Below, in pieces: positions 28,142 through 36,536 of a stretch of DNA of 64,000 bases; positions within the stretch are counted from its first letter, which is position 1, and every line of letters begins with the position of its first letter. Under the pieces are notes generated by a model that did no database searches, had not been told where the DNA came from, and saw only the letters and a program-made list of their open reading frames with translations. Origin of the DNA: Thermoproteota archaeon (GTDB lineage: Archaea > Korarchaeota > Korarchaeia > Korarchaeales > Korarchaeaceae); assembly GCA_026986575.1 (NCBI GenBank), contig JALSOH010000006.1, forward strand, positions 64,001 through 128,000, written 5' to 3'. Both the position numbers and the translations under genes were made by a program.

Positions 28142-28890
28142 ACGGAAGGGAGAGGAGGATCTGGTTCCTCACTTGGAAGGAGTTTAAAGAAGCCTTGGAG
28201 GATACGGATCTAGTTATACTACCCATGGGCGTCAGCGAAGCCCATGGAAACCACCTACCTCTGGGCACTGACTTCATTATACCGGAGTGGATCGCGGAGC
28301 GGCTAGCCGAGGAGCTGAACGCACTGATAGCCCCTCCTATAAGATACGGTGTAGTTACTGGCCTCTCTGGGTACTGGGGCTCTATGAGCGTGAGCGAGAG
28401 TACCTTGGAGGCGCTCACTTACGAAGTACTGACTGAACTCTCTAACAACGGATTCGAGAGGGTGATAATCCTCAATGGTCACGGCGGTTCAGGTCAAGTT
28501 AGGGCGATCACCAATGCTATGAAGAGGGCATGGAGAGAATTGGGCCTCAAGAGTCTGATGGTAATGTGGTGGGAGCTCTCCTCAGACATCACGGAGGAAC
28601 TGCTCGGTGGTAGTGGCGGACACGCGGGTGTCGATGAGACCGCAATGGTGATGGCCGTTGATCCTAACCTAGTGAAGGGGGAGATGGAGAAGGAGGAGAT
28701 ATACAGGTTGAGGAAGGGCATATCCCCCACGCCATTGCCCGGATCCATACTATCATATGACGACGGGTTCGCCGATGCTATCCCGTCTCCCGACAAAGCT
28801 GAAGAGTTCGCTAAGAAGCTACTTGAGAGGATAAAGGAGGAAATAGAGAAGATCTTGGATGGATGGGACAGACAGGACATTCTGGTATGA
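28138..28890 (+). CDS. Creatininase-family amidohydrolase
   Basis: EAHGNHLPLGTD, NGHGG, GHAGVDET; start overlaps upstream stop (TTGA). Confidence 0.88.
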   Translation: MNGRERRIWFLTWKEFKEALEDTDLVILPMGVSEAHGNHLPLGTDFIIPEWIAERLAEELNALIAPPIRYGVVTGLSGYWGSMSVSESTLEALTYEVLTELSNNGFERVIILNGHGGSGQVRAITNAMKRAWRELGLKSLMVMWWELSSDITEELLGGSGGHAGVDETAMVMAVDPNLVKGEMEKEEIYRLRKGISPTPLPGSILSYDDGFADAIPSPDKAEEFAKKLLERIKEEIEKILDGWDRQDILV

Positions 28891-28898
28891 ACACAGCT

Positions 28899-29615
28899 CT
28901 AGATCAAACTATTCCTCCAATTTTTGGCCCTGAGAACTATTCTCCTGATAATAGCAGTTTCGAACATTCTCCTCTCATCGGGGTATAGCATCAGGTAGGG
29001 TGTATCTTCCCTCAGCCCAGGGATCACTCTATGGAGGGGCCTGCTGTCAGAAGTGTGTACAGCCACGCCAACAAGCTTCCTATGGGCTAATATGCTGGCT
29101 GGAGTATGCTCGTGAAGGTACACGACGCCCAACCTTGGATCTGCTAGTCTATCCGCTATTTCCTTGGAATTACTACCAATCAGCTCGAACGCCGCGTACT
29201 GACCCCTACCCAACCTAGTCACTAAGGCTTGGAGCTTCCTTGCGGCGACCAATGGATTTCCCTCGTAAGGTCTCTGGGACGGTCTGATGACTAGGAAATC
29301 CGCATTTATGGAGTAAGCTAGCCTCATAGCCTCCTCAACACTCTTCATGGAGGCCTCCGCTATATGAGGGTTTGTGCTGAACACATTCACATCGCTCACA
29401 GGGGATCTTACTGCTACTATCGTGTCCAGTTCCCTCACAACCGTCCTCAGGTGGGATATGACTGATCTATGAAGCAATGACGGTAGGTAGTGCGGGGGCT
29501 CTGTGGAGACCACGATACCCTCGCATCCAGACCTGACCAGTAGCCTGACCACCTCAGGGAGCTCGGCCCCCCACATGAAGTCAGTCGAACACAGAAGCCT
29601 CAAACCCTTCGTCAA
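28899..29615 (-). CDS. Degenerate xylose-isomerase/AP-endonuclease-2-like TIM barrel protein
   Basis: VRSPVSDVNVFSTNP..SMKSVEEAMRLAYSINADFLVIRP pattern; metal-binding His positions replaced by Arg. Confidence 0.55.
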   Translation of the reverse strand: MTKGLRLLCSTDFMWGAELPEVVRLLVRSGCEGIVVSTEPPHYLPSLLHRSVISHLRTVVRELDTIVAVRSPVSDVNVFSTNPHIAEASMKSVEEAMRLAYSINADFLVIRPSQRPYEGNPLVAARKLQALVTRLGRGQYAAFELIGSNSKEIADRLADPRLGVVYLHEHTPASILAHRKLVGVAVHTSDSRPLHRVIPGLREDTPYLMLYPDERRMFETAIIRRIVLRAKNWRNSLI

Positions 29616-29619
29616 GATT

Positions 29620-30215
29620 ACCCCCTACGCTTCTGGGTAGAATTTCGATCCCTTTGGGTATATAATTTTGATCTCAAATATGCAAGATTTACCCGTCTCT
29701 GTCCCCAACGGTTCGAGATATCTTTTTCAAAACGATGATTTACTGAAAATTATTCTGAGACAGTTATTCATAGATCTTACAACCAATCTGTCATGATATA
29801 GGGGCTTTCATCGGGAGGGAAAGGTTATTATACAGCTATAGAAGATGGAAGGTTACAGCATAGACTTGTTCTAAGATACCCCAAGTATTCTATCTCCTTA
29901 CAGGTTACCAAATCCGGTTATGCTATCATCAATAATATATAATATTAAATTCAAATAAGCTAGTAAATTAAACTAAAAACAAATTATTTAATGTAAAAAG
30001 AATAATTATGCAGTATTATGTTTATATTCTTTCGGAGCGTTAGGAACCCTTCTATCATTTACTGGATTGTCGAGGGATACCATACCACTAATAAGGCTAT
30101 CGAGACATAGGCAATCACCTTGATCGATCGATTCTTCGCCGAGAAAATAGAAAAGCTTATATTTAATCTTCCGTTGTTTGAATACGGCCCTATAAGGGTT
30201 TGTCAAGAGGTGAGA
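29620..30215. promoter_or_regulatory. ~600-bp AT-rich intergenic region with divergent promoters (histone gene and TIM-barrel gene)
   Basis: very AT-rich core ~29925-30030; BRE/TATA-like AAAAGCTTATAT at ~30151-30162. Confidence 0.6.
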
Positions 30216-30219
30216 CTAT

Positions 30220-30450
30220 ATGCCTCAGAAGCCTGCCAAGCATCTACCCCTTGCCCCTGTATACCGGATCATAAAGGAGGCCGGCGCTGAGAGAGTCAGC
30301 GACGACGCTAAGGCCAGGCTAGCCTACTATCTCGAGAAGTTCGCTTACGAGGTAGGCAAGTACGCCGTTGACCTGGCCAGACACGCCAAGAGGAAGACCG
30401 TCACCGACAGGGACATCGAGCTGGCCGTAGAGGCCATCTGGAAGAAGTAA
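30220..30450 (+). CDS. Archaeal histone (HMf family)
   Basis: LPLAPVYRIIKEAGAERVS..ARHAKRKTVTDRDIELA histone fold. Confidence 0.95.
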   Translation: MPQKPAKHLPLAPVYRIIKEAGAERVSDDAKARLAYYLEKFAYEVGKYAVDLARHAKRKTVTDRDIELAVEAIWKK

Positions 30451-30464
30451 GCCGGCCTCCCTAA

Positions 30465-30480
30465 CCCTCTTTTCTTTTGA
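30465..30480 (+). terminator. Pyrimidine/T-rich terminator after the histone gene
   Basis: CCCTCTTTTCTTTTG just 3' of the stop codon. Confidence 0.5.
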
Positions 30481-30550
30481 CTCGATTCTACAGCCTCATC
30501 GGAGCTGGGACTACTCCTATCATGATGGTTTAACTAGTTCAACTGTTAAA

Positions 30551-30625
30551 CGGGCCCGGGGGGACTTGAACCCCCGACCTGCGGCTCCGAAGGCCGCCGC
30601 TCTATCCTTGCTGAGCTACGGGCCC
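30551..30625 (-). tRNA. tRNA-Arg (anticodon TCG), intronless, CCA not encoded
   Basis: GGGCCCG acceptor stem, anticodon arm GCGGC-CTTCGGA-GCCGC, T-loop TTCAAGT. Confidence 0.95.
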
Positions 30626-30669
30626 CCAGAGGATGGGATCCTTCGGGCTTAATAGTGTATGCCTTCTAG

Positions 30670-31857
30670 TCACTTCTCCTCCCCATCCTTAATCACCTGC
30701 CTACTGAAGAAGTAGGCCCCCACTAGCAGCATCACCACCGATATCAAGAGCAAGGTCCAATCACCCTCGGCCAGCCTGGCTCCGACTAGACCGAAGAATG
30801 TAGCCCTCGGGACGATTGCCAGTACATTTGCCAATACGAAGACGAGGAAATTCATTCCGACAGCTCCGGCCACGTAAGAGGTGACATCTAAGGGAAGGAA
30901 TGGGATAAGCCTAGTTATGAAGACTAGCCAGCCGCCCCACCTGTCGAACCATAAGTAGACCTTCCTCAGCAGGTCCTCCCTTATGTAGTATTCTAGGATC
31001 CTCTTCCCCAAAGCCCTAGCGATGAAGTAGTTGATGATCGAGCCGACAGCAATACCCATACCACCATATATCCCCACCTCAACTGGACTCATGCCCAAAG
31101 CTCCTGCGGCGACTAGGACAGCATCCGCAGGTATGGGCGAGATCACGGCTTGGAGGATCATCGCAGCGAAGAGACCTATAGCCCCATATCTCCTGACGAA
31201 AGAAGAGATCTCCTCTGCTATGGCTTGGTAATGTCTCAAATGCTCTCCTATGAACCTGATTTGGTACACATTACCGAGAAGGGCTGAGGAAATGAGGAAG
31301 CCAAAGCTACTAGGCCTCATATTCAGTTTACTCAGGAGAATAACGAACACAAATCCCTCCAGCAAGTAGAGTCCCCAAAATGGAGAGGGAGTTTCAGTAA
31401 TCAGTTGAGCCAGTACGGGGGGTAGGGAGGCTATCGAGGAGATCGTTATGGCTCCTCTAATGGAGACACCAGATGATGTCAGCAAGGCTAGGGAGAGGCC
31501 ACTTCCCCCGAACCCTATCGAGCTCACGCCTTGAGCGAATCCAGATACGAAACCATCCATAGCATCAGGATTCCTACCTTCTTCTACCGCGAGAAGTCCC
31601 CACCTGAGGAAAGCTACAGCTAAAAGTCCGATGAATGAGAGACCAGCTACTATTAACCCACCTATAACAGGATCGACGTAGTTGAGCCATCCTCTCAGTA
31701 AGAAGGTTAGCAGCGAGGAGGTCACCAAGGCAGATACCGCCGCCTTGGGCTCCAACCCCTCCCTAGCTATATATATTCCTGGTACTCCAGCAAGGTGTCC
31801 CGAGGGAAGGGGCCATACGGGTATCCACTCTAGGAGCCCGGCGGCGTACTCCAGCAT
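30670..31857 (-). CDS. Fusion of degenerate UppP/BacA-like domain and DedA/VTT (TVP38) domain
   Basis: N-half GLLEWIPVWPLPSGHL and GFAQGVSSIGFGGSG resemble BacA motifs; C-half PIPAD..AGAL..GSIINYFIARALG..FITRLIPFLP..SYVAG is VTT. Confidence 0.7.
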   Translation of the reverse strand: MLEYAAGLLEWIPVWPLPSGHLAGVPGIYIAREGLEPKAAVSALVTSSLLTFLLRGWLNYVDPVIGGLIVAGLSFIGLLAVAFLRWGLLAVEEGRNPDAMDGFVSGFAQGVSSIGFGGSGLSLALLTSSGVSIRGAITISSIASLPPVLAQLITETPSPFWGLYLLEGFVFVILLSKLNMRPSSFGFLISSALLGNVYQIRFIGEHLRHYQAIAEEISSFVRRYGAIGLFAAMILQAVISPIPADAVLVAAGALGMSPVEVGIYGGMGIAVGSIINYFIARALGKRILEYYIREDLLRKVYLWFDRWGGWLVFITRLIPFLPLDVTSYVAGAVGMNFLVFVLANVLAIVPRATFFGLVGARLAEGDWTLLLISVVMLLVGAYFFSRQVIKDGEEK

Positions 31858-31903
31858 ATGTAGGATGATTAAGTTTCAAATATTAATAGTGGTTGGTGGA
31901 TCG

Positions 31904-32704
31904 ATGGCCGACTTCACCTACGGGGGAATGAATAACCCCCATAGAGACCTGATGGAGGAGATAGAATCCATCTTGGAGCTCGGTTTGGATTACGTGGAAA
32001 TAACGGTCGAATGGCCTTACTCATGGGTCGACACGATTCTAAATCATATAGTCGAGCTGAATGATCTGGCCAGCTCTCACAACTCCTTTTACCTGATACA
32101 CTCCCCTTGGTACTTGGAGGTAGGCCATCCCTACGATGAAGTGAGGAAGGGGGCCCTCAAGGAGGCTTTCAAGGTCTTAGATATCGCCGCCAGACTGGAA
32201 TCCCCCTACGCAACCTTTCACCCTTTCACCCCCGGATGGCTAGCCGCCATCAGGGAGAAGGCTAGGGAGTTCAATGTAGTAGGTTTCAGGGAGCTGGTTG
32301 CATATTCCAAGGAGAAGGGGGTTCAGGTACTGGTCGAGAACGTGGATCACGGCGCCTTCAGGTCGCCCTCCGATATAAGGTACCTAGTGGATAACGTTCC
32401 AGAGCTGTTCGTCACTCTCGATATCGGACACACCTTCCTCAATGGAGGTGTGGATAAGTTGAGATCCTACATAAACAAGCTCGGCAGCGAGATCATGCAC
32501 CTGCACGCCCACGACAATGATCTCAACAGAGATCTCCACCTCCCTATAGGGGCTGGCAGAATACCGTGGAACGAGGCTGTTGAGGAGATTAGGTCCTGGG
32601 GATACAAGGGTACGGTGACATTGGAGCCTCACGTATCGGACATTGACTACTTAAGGATATCTAGGGACAAGCTCTCATCCCTACTTGAGGCTCCAAGCCA
32701 CTAA
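31904..32704 (+). CDS. Sugar phosphate isomerase/epimerase (AP endonuclease 2 family TIM barrel)
   Basis: IHSP, TFHP, VENV, LDIGH, HLHAHDN..DLHLPIGAG, TLE; ATG at 31904. Confidence 0.85.
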   Translation: MADFTYGGMNNPHRDLMEEIESILELGLDYVEITVEWPYSWVDTILNHIVELNDLASSHNSFYLIHSPWYLEVGHPYDEVRKGALKEAFKVLDIAARLESPYATFHPFTPGWLAAIREKAREFNVVGFRELVAYSKEKGVQVLVENVDHGAFRSPSDIRYLVDNVPELFVTLDIGHTFLNGGVDKLRSYINKLGSEIMHLHAHDNDLNRDLHLPIGAGRIPWNEAVEEIRSWGYKGTVTLEPHVSDIDYLRISRDKLSSLLEAPSH

Positions 32705-33247
32705 GCATGTGGCAGAGGTTATCAGAACGGAAACCACTATGCCCAGCAGGATCTGACCAAAGGTGTGGGAGCCCGATCTCCACCTAGACCAAGCTAAAAC
32801 GGGGACTAGGGCCATCAGCAACACTCCTAGAGGATAATTCCCTAAGATCATCAAGAAGGCGGCCGGACCAGCCAGACCCGCCATGTGAACACTAACCTTG
32901 GTGGCGCAGTGGTTAATCACGGCTACTGCTAGGGTGACCGCCAGATAGGATAGGGAGAGAACGGCCATCGGACATGAGCCCAGTGAAGTAAGCACCACAG
33001 TGGCTACCGAATAGCAGGCTATGGCCTGAGCGAAGAAGGGGCCTCTAGCGTACCTATCCGGGACAAGGATGTCCATCTCCCCCGAGAGGGACTTCCTCAC
33101 AACATTGGCCACGGGACAGATGACGATCAACAAGAAGGACACTATAAGGCTCAAGAGATCTGGGTACATGGCATAGACTCCTAGAGACGAGATGGCTGCT
33201 ATGGTCACCGGTGACAGCAGCAGGGCTATGGCTCTGTGAGTGTCCAT
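32681..33247 (-). CDS. PAP2-like integral membrane phosphatase
   Basis: about 6 TM helices; KVSVH (C2-like) and WSRWRSGSHTFGQ (SRx5H, C3) motifs. Confidence 0.7.
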   Translation of the reverse strand: MDTHRAIALLLSPVTIAAISSLGVYAMYPDLLSLIVSFLLIVICPVANVVRKSLSGEMDILVPDRYARGPFFAQAIACYSVATVVLTSLGSCPMAVLSLSYLAVTLAVAVINHCATKVSVHMAGLAGPAAFLMILGNYPLGVLLMALVPVLAWSRWRSGSHTFGQILLGIVVSVLITSATCLVAWSLK

Positions 33248-33298
33248 CGGTGGCCAATCCTAGGTTGATTTAAAAAAGAGTTTCCCCGCCTAAAACCT

Positions 33299-34153
33299 AT
33301 GAAAACGAAGGTTTCCCTCCTTTACTCACTGAGAGATCCAGCAGGCAGGAACATGGCCTCCAAGATAAGTGAGAGGTTGGGAGAGCAATTCGATTTAAGA
33401 GAGAAGGACATAGAGTTGGTCAGTTTCGAGAGGGAGATTCTCTATGTAAGGAGCTGTGAGGAGCTTGGAGTCTCCGATTTTGACTACGTAGTGGTCCTCT
33501 CTAGGCATAGCGGTACCCCTCACAGACCCATACTCACTGCTCACGTCCCCGGGAACTTCGGTCGGGCTAAGTACGGGGGAGAGTCCTTCAAGCTGGGCGT
33601 AGCAATACCCTCCCTCATGAAGGAGTACCTGATGGCCGCCTCTAAGAGGGTGGATGGGACGGGATATTCTGTGGGATTCGAGCCGACCCACCATGGTCCC
33701 ACCATCGAAAAGCCCATAGCCTTCTTGGAGATAGGCTGTGATGAGAAAGCTTGGAACGACCCTAATGGAATAAAAATGGCAGCGGAATCCGTAATAGAGG
33801 CGCTGGAGAACTGGACCACGGGAAAATACATCCCGACAATAGCCTTTGGTGGTCCACATGTGAACGACCACTTCACTAGGGTGGAACTCACGACTAAGTA
33901 TGCGATCGGCCACACAGCGAGGAAGCTAGATGCTGGCTGGGTTGACATCACCATGGTGAGGCAGGCGATCGAGAGGAATGGAGAATCGCCTGAAATTGCC
34001 ATAGTCGATAACAAGGGTTTGAAGGGAGAGGATCGGGAGAGGATAGAGGCGGCTTTAAGGGAGATCGGGCTGAGGACGGTCAGGGTAAAGAAGCTCCTGA
34101 GGGAGGGAGTTGAGGTCGAGGAAGCGCAGGGGGGTCAGGAGGAAGAGGTATAG
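33299..34153 (+). CDS. dtdA: D-aminoacyl-tRNA deacylase (archaeal DTD2)
   Basis: DPAGRN, LSRHSG, LTAHVPGN, EPTHHGPT, FLEIG, FGGPH, GH. Confidence 0.9.
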   Translation: MKTKVSLLYSLRDPAGRNMASKISERLGEQFDLREKDIELVSFEREILYVRSCEELGVSDFDYVVVLSRHSGTPHRPILTAHVPGNFGRAKYGGESFKLGVAIPSLMKEYLMAASKRVDGTGYSVGFEPTHHGPTIEKPIAFLEIGCDEKAWNDPNGIKMAAESVIEALENWTTGKYIPTIAFGGPHVNDHFTRVELTTKYAIGHTARKLDAGWVDITMVRQAIERNGESPEIAIVDNKGLKGEDRERIEAALREIGLRTVRVKKLLREGVEVEEAQGGQEEEV

Positions 34154-34472
34154 AACCCCCTTCTTCTTCGATAGAACGGTCCCTAGAGACCTCTATTTCT
34201 CCATACAGAGGAGACTGAACTATCTAGGATATGGAGCCGTCTGGCAGCCAAGAAGCGCGGTTAAGGGCAGGAATAGGGATATAAGGGAGATACTAGACTA
34301 CTGCGTGGCTAGGGGGATTAAACTCTACATCACGTTTTCAAGGAGAATTACCATTCCACCCGAATATGAAAATAAAATAAAAATAATTAGGCTTAAAGGT
34401 GGTAAAAAGAAAACTGTAAATAAGATTTTAGCTATATTATTTATGGAGCTTGCTTCTAGGGAAAAGAATTAA
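34110..34472 (+). CDS. Basic protein with a DUF5615/Mut7-C-like PIN fold pattern
   Basis: FFFDRTVP..LNYLGY..DIREILDYC..LYITFS; Arg-rich N-terminus. Confidence 0.45.
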   Translation: MRSRKRRGVRRKRYRTPFFFDRTVPRDLYFSIQRRLNYLGYGAVWQPRSAVKGRNRDIREILDYCVARGIKLYITFSRRITIPPEYENKIKIIRLKGGKKKTVNKILAILFMELASREKN

Positions 34473-34512
34473 TAAACCGATGGCCCATTGAGCTTGGGGA
34501 GGATATAGGGAA

Positions 34513-34827
34513 TTGCTGAGTTTCCGGCCTTCCGAAGATGAGGAAGGTGAAAGTAGACGTATCGTAGTCAGGAGACTTGTATTGGATGTAGTAAAGCCAC
34601 ACAACCCTAACATAGTCGACATGGCCGAAGGGCTCTCCGAACTGAAGGGAGTCAAGAAGGTGGATATAGAGGTGAAGGATTACGACTCCACGATCGAGAG
34701 GCTGAAGATAATCTTGGAAGGAGACGACCTAGACTACGATGAGATAGTGAAGGTGATTAGGTACTACGGGGGGAATGTGGCGAGCCTCGATGGGGTTACG
34801 GTCGAGACCGAGTCTGGATCGGAGTGA
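34513..34827 (+). CDS. DUF211 family protein
   Basis: RRLVLDVVKPHNP..IILEGDDLDY..GGNVASLDGV. Confidence 0.85.
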   Translation: MLSFRPSEDEEGESRRIVVRRLVLDVVKPHNPNIVDMAEGLSELKGVKKVDIEVKDYDSTIERLKIILEGDDLDYDEIVKVIRYYGGNVASLDGVTVETESGSE

Positions 34828-36142
34828 GTTCAGGTTCTATCTGGAGACCCACGGCTGCTCAATGAACAGATCAGACTCTCAAATAATGGAGAGCCTACTC
34901 AGGAGAGCGGGCTGGGCTAGAGTGGATAGACCAGAGGAAGCTGACATTCTCATTCTGAACACCTGCAACGTGAAGACGCCCACGGAGCAGAGGATGCTTC
35001 ACAGGGCCAAGGTACTATCCAAGTATGGTCCCCTCATAGCGGCGGGATGCATGGCTAAGTCTCAACCCGAGCTGCTTAGGCCTTACTCTAAGGTCTTGGT
35101 GGCACCCAGATCCATAGACAGCATTGTAGAGGCCGCACTCTTAGCTCTAGAGGGGAGAGAGGGGGAGTTCTTGGAGTGGAAGAGGCTAGATAAGGCCTCA
35201 TATGATAGGGACCCCGCGGACCTAATCGGAATAGTTCCCATCGCCGAGGGCTGCCTAGGTTCCTGCACCTACTGCATAACTGAGCTGGCTAGGGGAGGAC
35301 TGACGAGCTTTCCCAAGGAGAGCATTATCGACAGGGTCTTGGACTTCCTGAGCAAGGGTGCAGTGGAGATCTGGTTGACCGCGGAGGACACAGGAGTGTA
35401 TGGTTGGGACATAGGGACCGATCTACCGGATCTGTTGGACGGCGTCACCTCGCTTGAGGGGGAGTTCAGGATCAGGGTTGGAATGATGACCCCTAACTCC
35501 ACCCTGAGGATTGTTGATAGACTGCTTGACTCATTCGAGAGCCCTAAACTGTACAAATTCTTCCATTTACCGGTTCAGAGCGGCTCAAACAGGATCCTCA
35601 GATTGATGGGGAGGGACTATACGGTAGAGGAGTTCATCTCCCTGGTGAAGCTCATAAGGAAGCGGTACGAGGACTCTACCATAAGCACTGACATCATAGT
35701 TGGATTTCCGGGGGAGATGGAGGACGACTTCCAGCAGACTCTGAGGCTCTTGGAGGAGATAGAGCCGGACTTGGTAAACCTGAGCAGGTTCGGGCCTAGA
35801 CCCAAGACGAAGGCCGCCTCATTACCCCAACTCCCCGCTAGCGTGATCAAGAGGAGAAGCAAGGTGGCGATGAGACTGATAGAGGAGATAAAGGAGAGGA
35901 GGAACGAGAGGTTTTTGGGGAGGAATATGGTAGTACTCGCCTCAGAGATAACTCCCAAGGGGACTCAGGGCAGGACCCCTTCATACAAACCTGTGGCCTT
36001 GGGGCAGGTTGAACCCGGGTACTTCTATGAAGTCATCATCGAGGGCTTCAGGGGCAACTACCTGCAGGGACGGGTTATAAGGAGACTAGAGAGAGCAGGC
36101 CTCGACTTTAACGTCCAAGTCGAGGGGTGCCCGCATAGATAA
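34775..36142 (+). CDS. tRNA methylthiotransferase (archaeal MtaB/CDKAL1 type)
   Basis: ETHGCSMN, NTCNVK, AGC, GCLGSCTYC, HLPVQSGS, TDIIVGFPGE, C-terminal TRAM-like domain. Confidence 0.9.
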   Translation: MWRASMGLRSRPSLDRSEFRFYLETHGCSMNRSDSQIMESLLRRAGWARVDRPEEADILILNTCNVKTPTEQRMLHRAKVLSKYGPLIAAGCMAKSQPELLRPYSKVLVAPRSIDSIVEAALLALEGREGEFLEWKRLDKASYDRDPADLIGIVPIAEGCLGSCTYCITELARGGLTSFPKESIIDRVLDFLSKGAVEIWLTAEDTGVYGWDIGTDLPDLLDGVTSLEGEFRIRVGMMTPNSTLRIVDRLLDSFESPKLYKFFHLPVQSGSNRILRLMGRDYTVEEFISLVKLIRKRYEDSTISTDIIVGFPGEMEDDFQQTLRLLEEIEPDLVNLSRFGPRPKTKAASLPQLPASVIKRRSKVAMRLIEEIKERRNERFLGRNMVVLASEITPKGTQGRTPSYKPVALGQVEPGYFYEVIIEGFRGNYLQGRVIRRLERAGLDFNVQVEGCPHR

Positions 36143-36167
36143 GTCCCGTGAAAAAGTAGATGGAGGA

Positions 36168-36536
36168 TCAAGACCTGTCTAACCCACTCTTCACCTCCAC
36201 CGCATTTTGCTGCTTGGGCTTAAACAGCTTGACTAGGGCTTTGTACACATTCCAAGCCCACGTCTCATCTGAGAACCCTACCACATTGACGGTGGCGTAA
36301 GAGTGCTCCGGCCATGTGTGTATGGCCACGTAACCCTTCCTCATCATGAGGAAGCCGCTTACGCCGTACGGCTCGAACTCATGTACGTGCACGTGTACGC
36401 TCTCCTCTCCGACCTCCTCAGCTAACCCCCTCAGCATCTCCTCCATGAGGGAGGGGGAATCCAGTATCTCCCTATCCTCTACATCGTAGAGCTCCGCGAT
36501 CACCTGCGTCTCCTTGGGCTTCACTTCAGAGTTCAT
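36168..36536 (-). CDS. S-adenosylmethionine decarboxylase paralog, predicted non-cleavable and inactive
   Basis: HEFEPYGVSG..AIHTWPE family motifs, but ESH is replaced by KGY and the catalytic Cys is absent. Confidence 0.8.
   Translation of the reverse strand: MNSEVKPKETQVIAELYDVEDREILDSPSLMEEMLRGLAEEVGEESVHVHVHEFEPYGVSGFLMMRKGYVAIHTWPEHSYATVNVVGFSDETWAWNVYKALVKLFKPKQQNAVEVKSGLDRS

Noticed and set aside
30006-30206. 66-aa minus-strand ORF upstream of the histone gene
   Set aside because: AT-rich, atypical codon usage, overlaps the histone promoter
30490-30525. AGCTGGGACTAC, antisense to a conserved 16S segment and reminiscent of the 7SL Alu sequence
   Set aside because: Only 12 nt, with no flanking C/D or H/ACA boxes and no SRP structure; probably chance
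30551-31857. tRNA-Arg and tRNA-Asp as integration sites of a mobile element
   Set aside because: No integrase, no duplicated tRNA 3' end, and flanking genes are housekeeping
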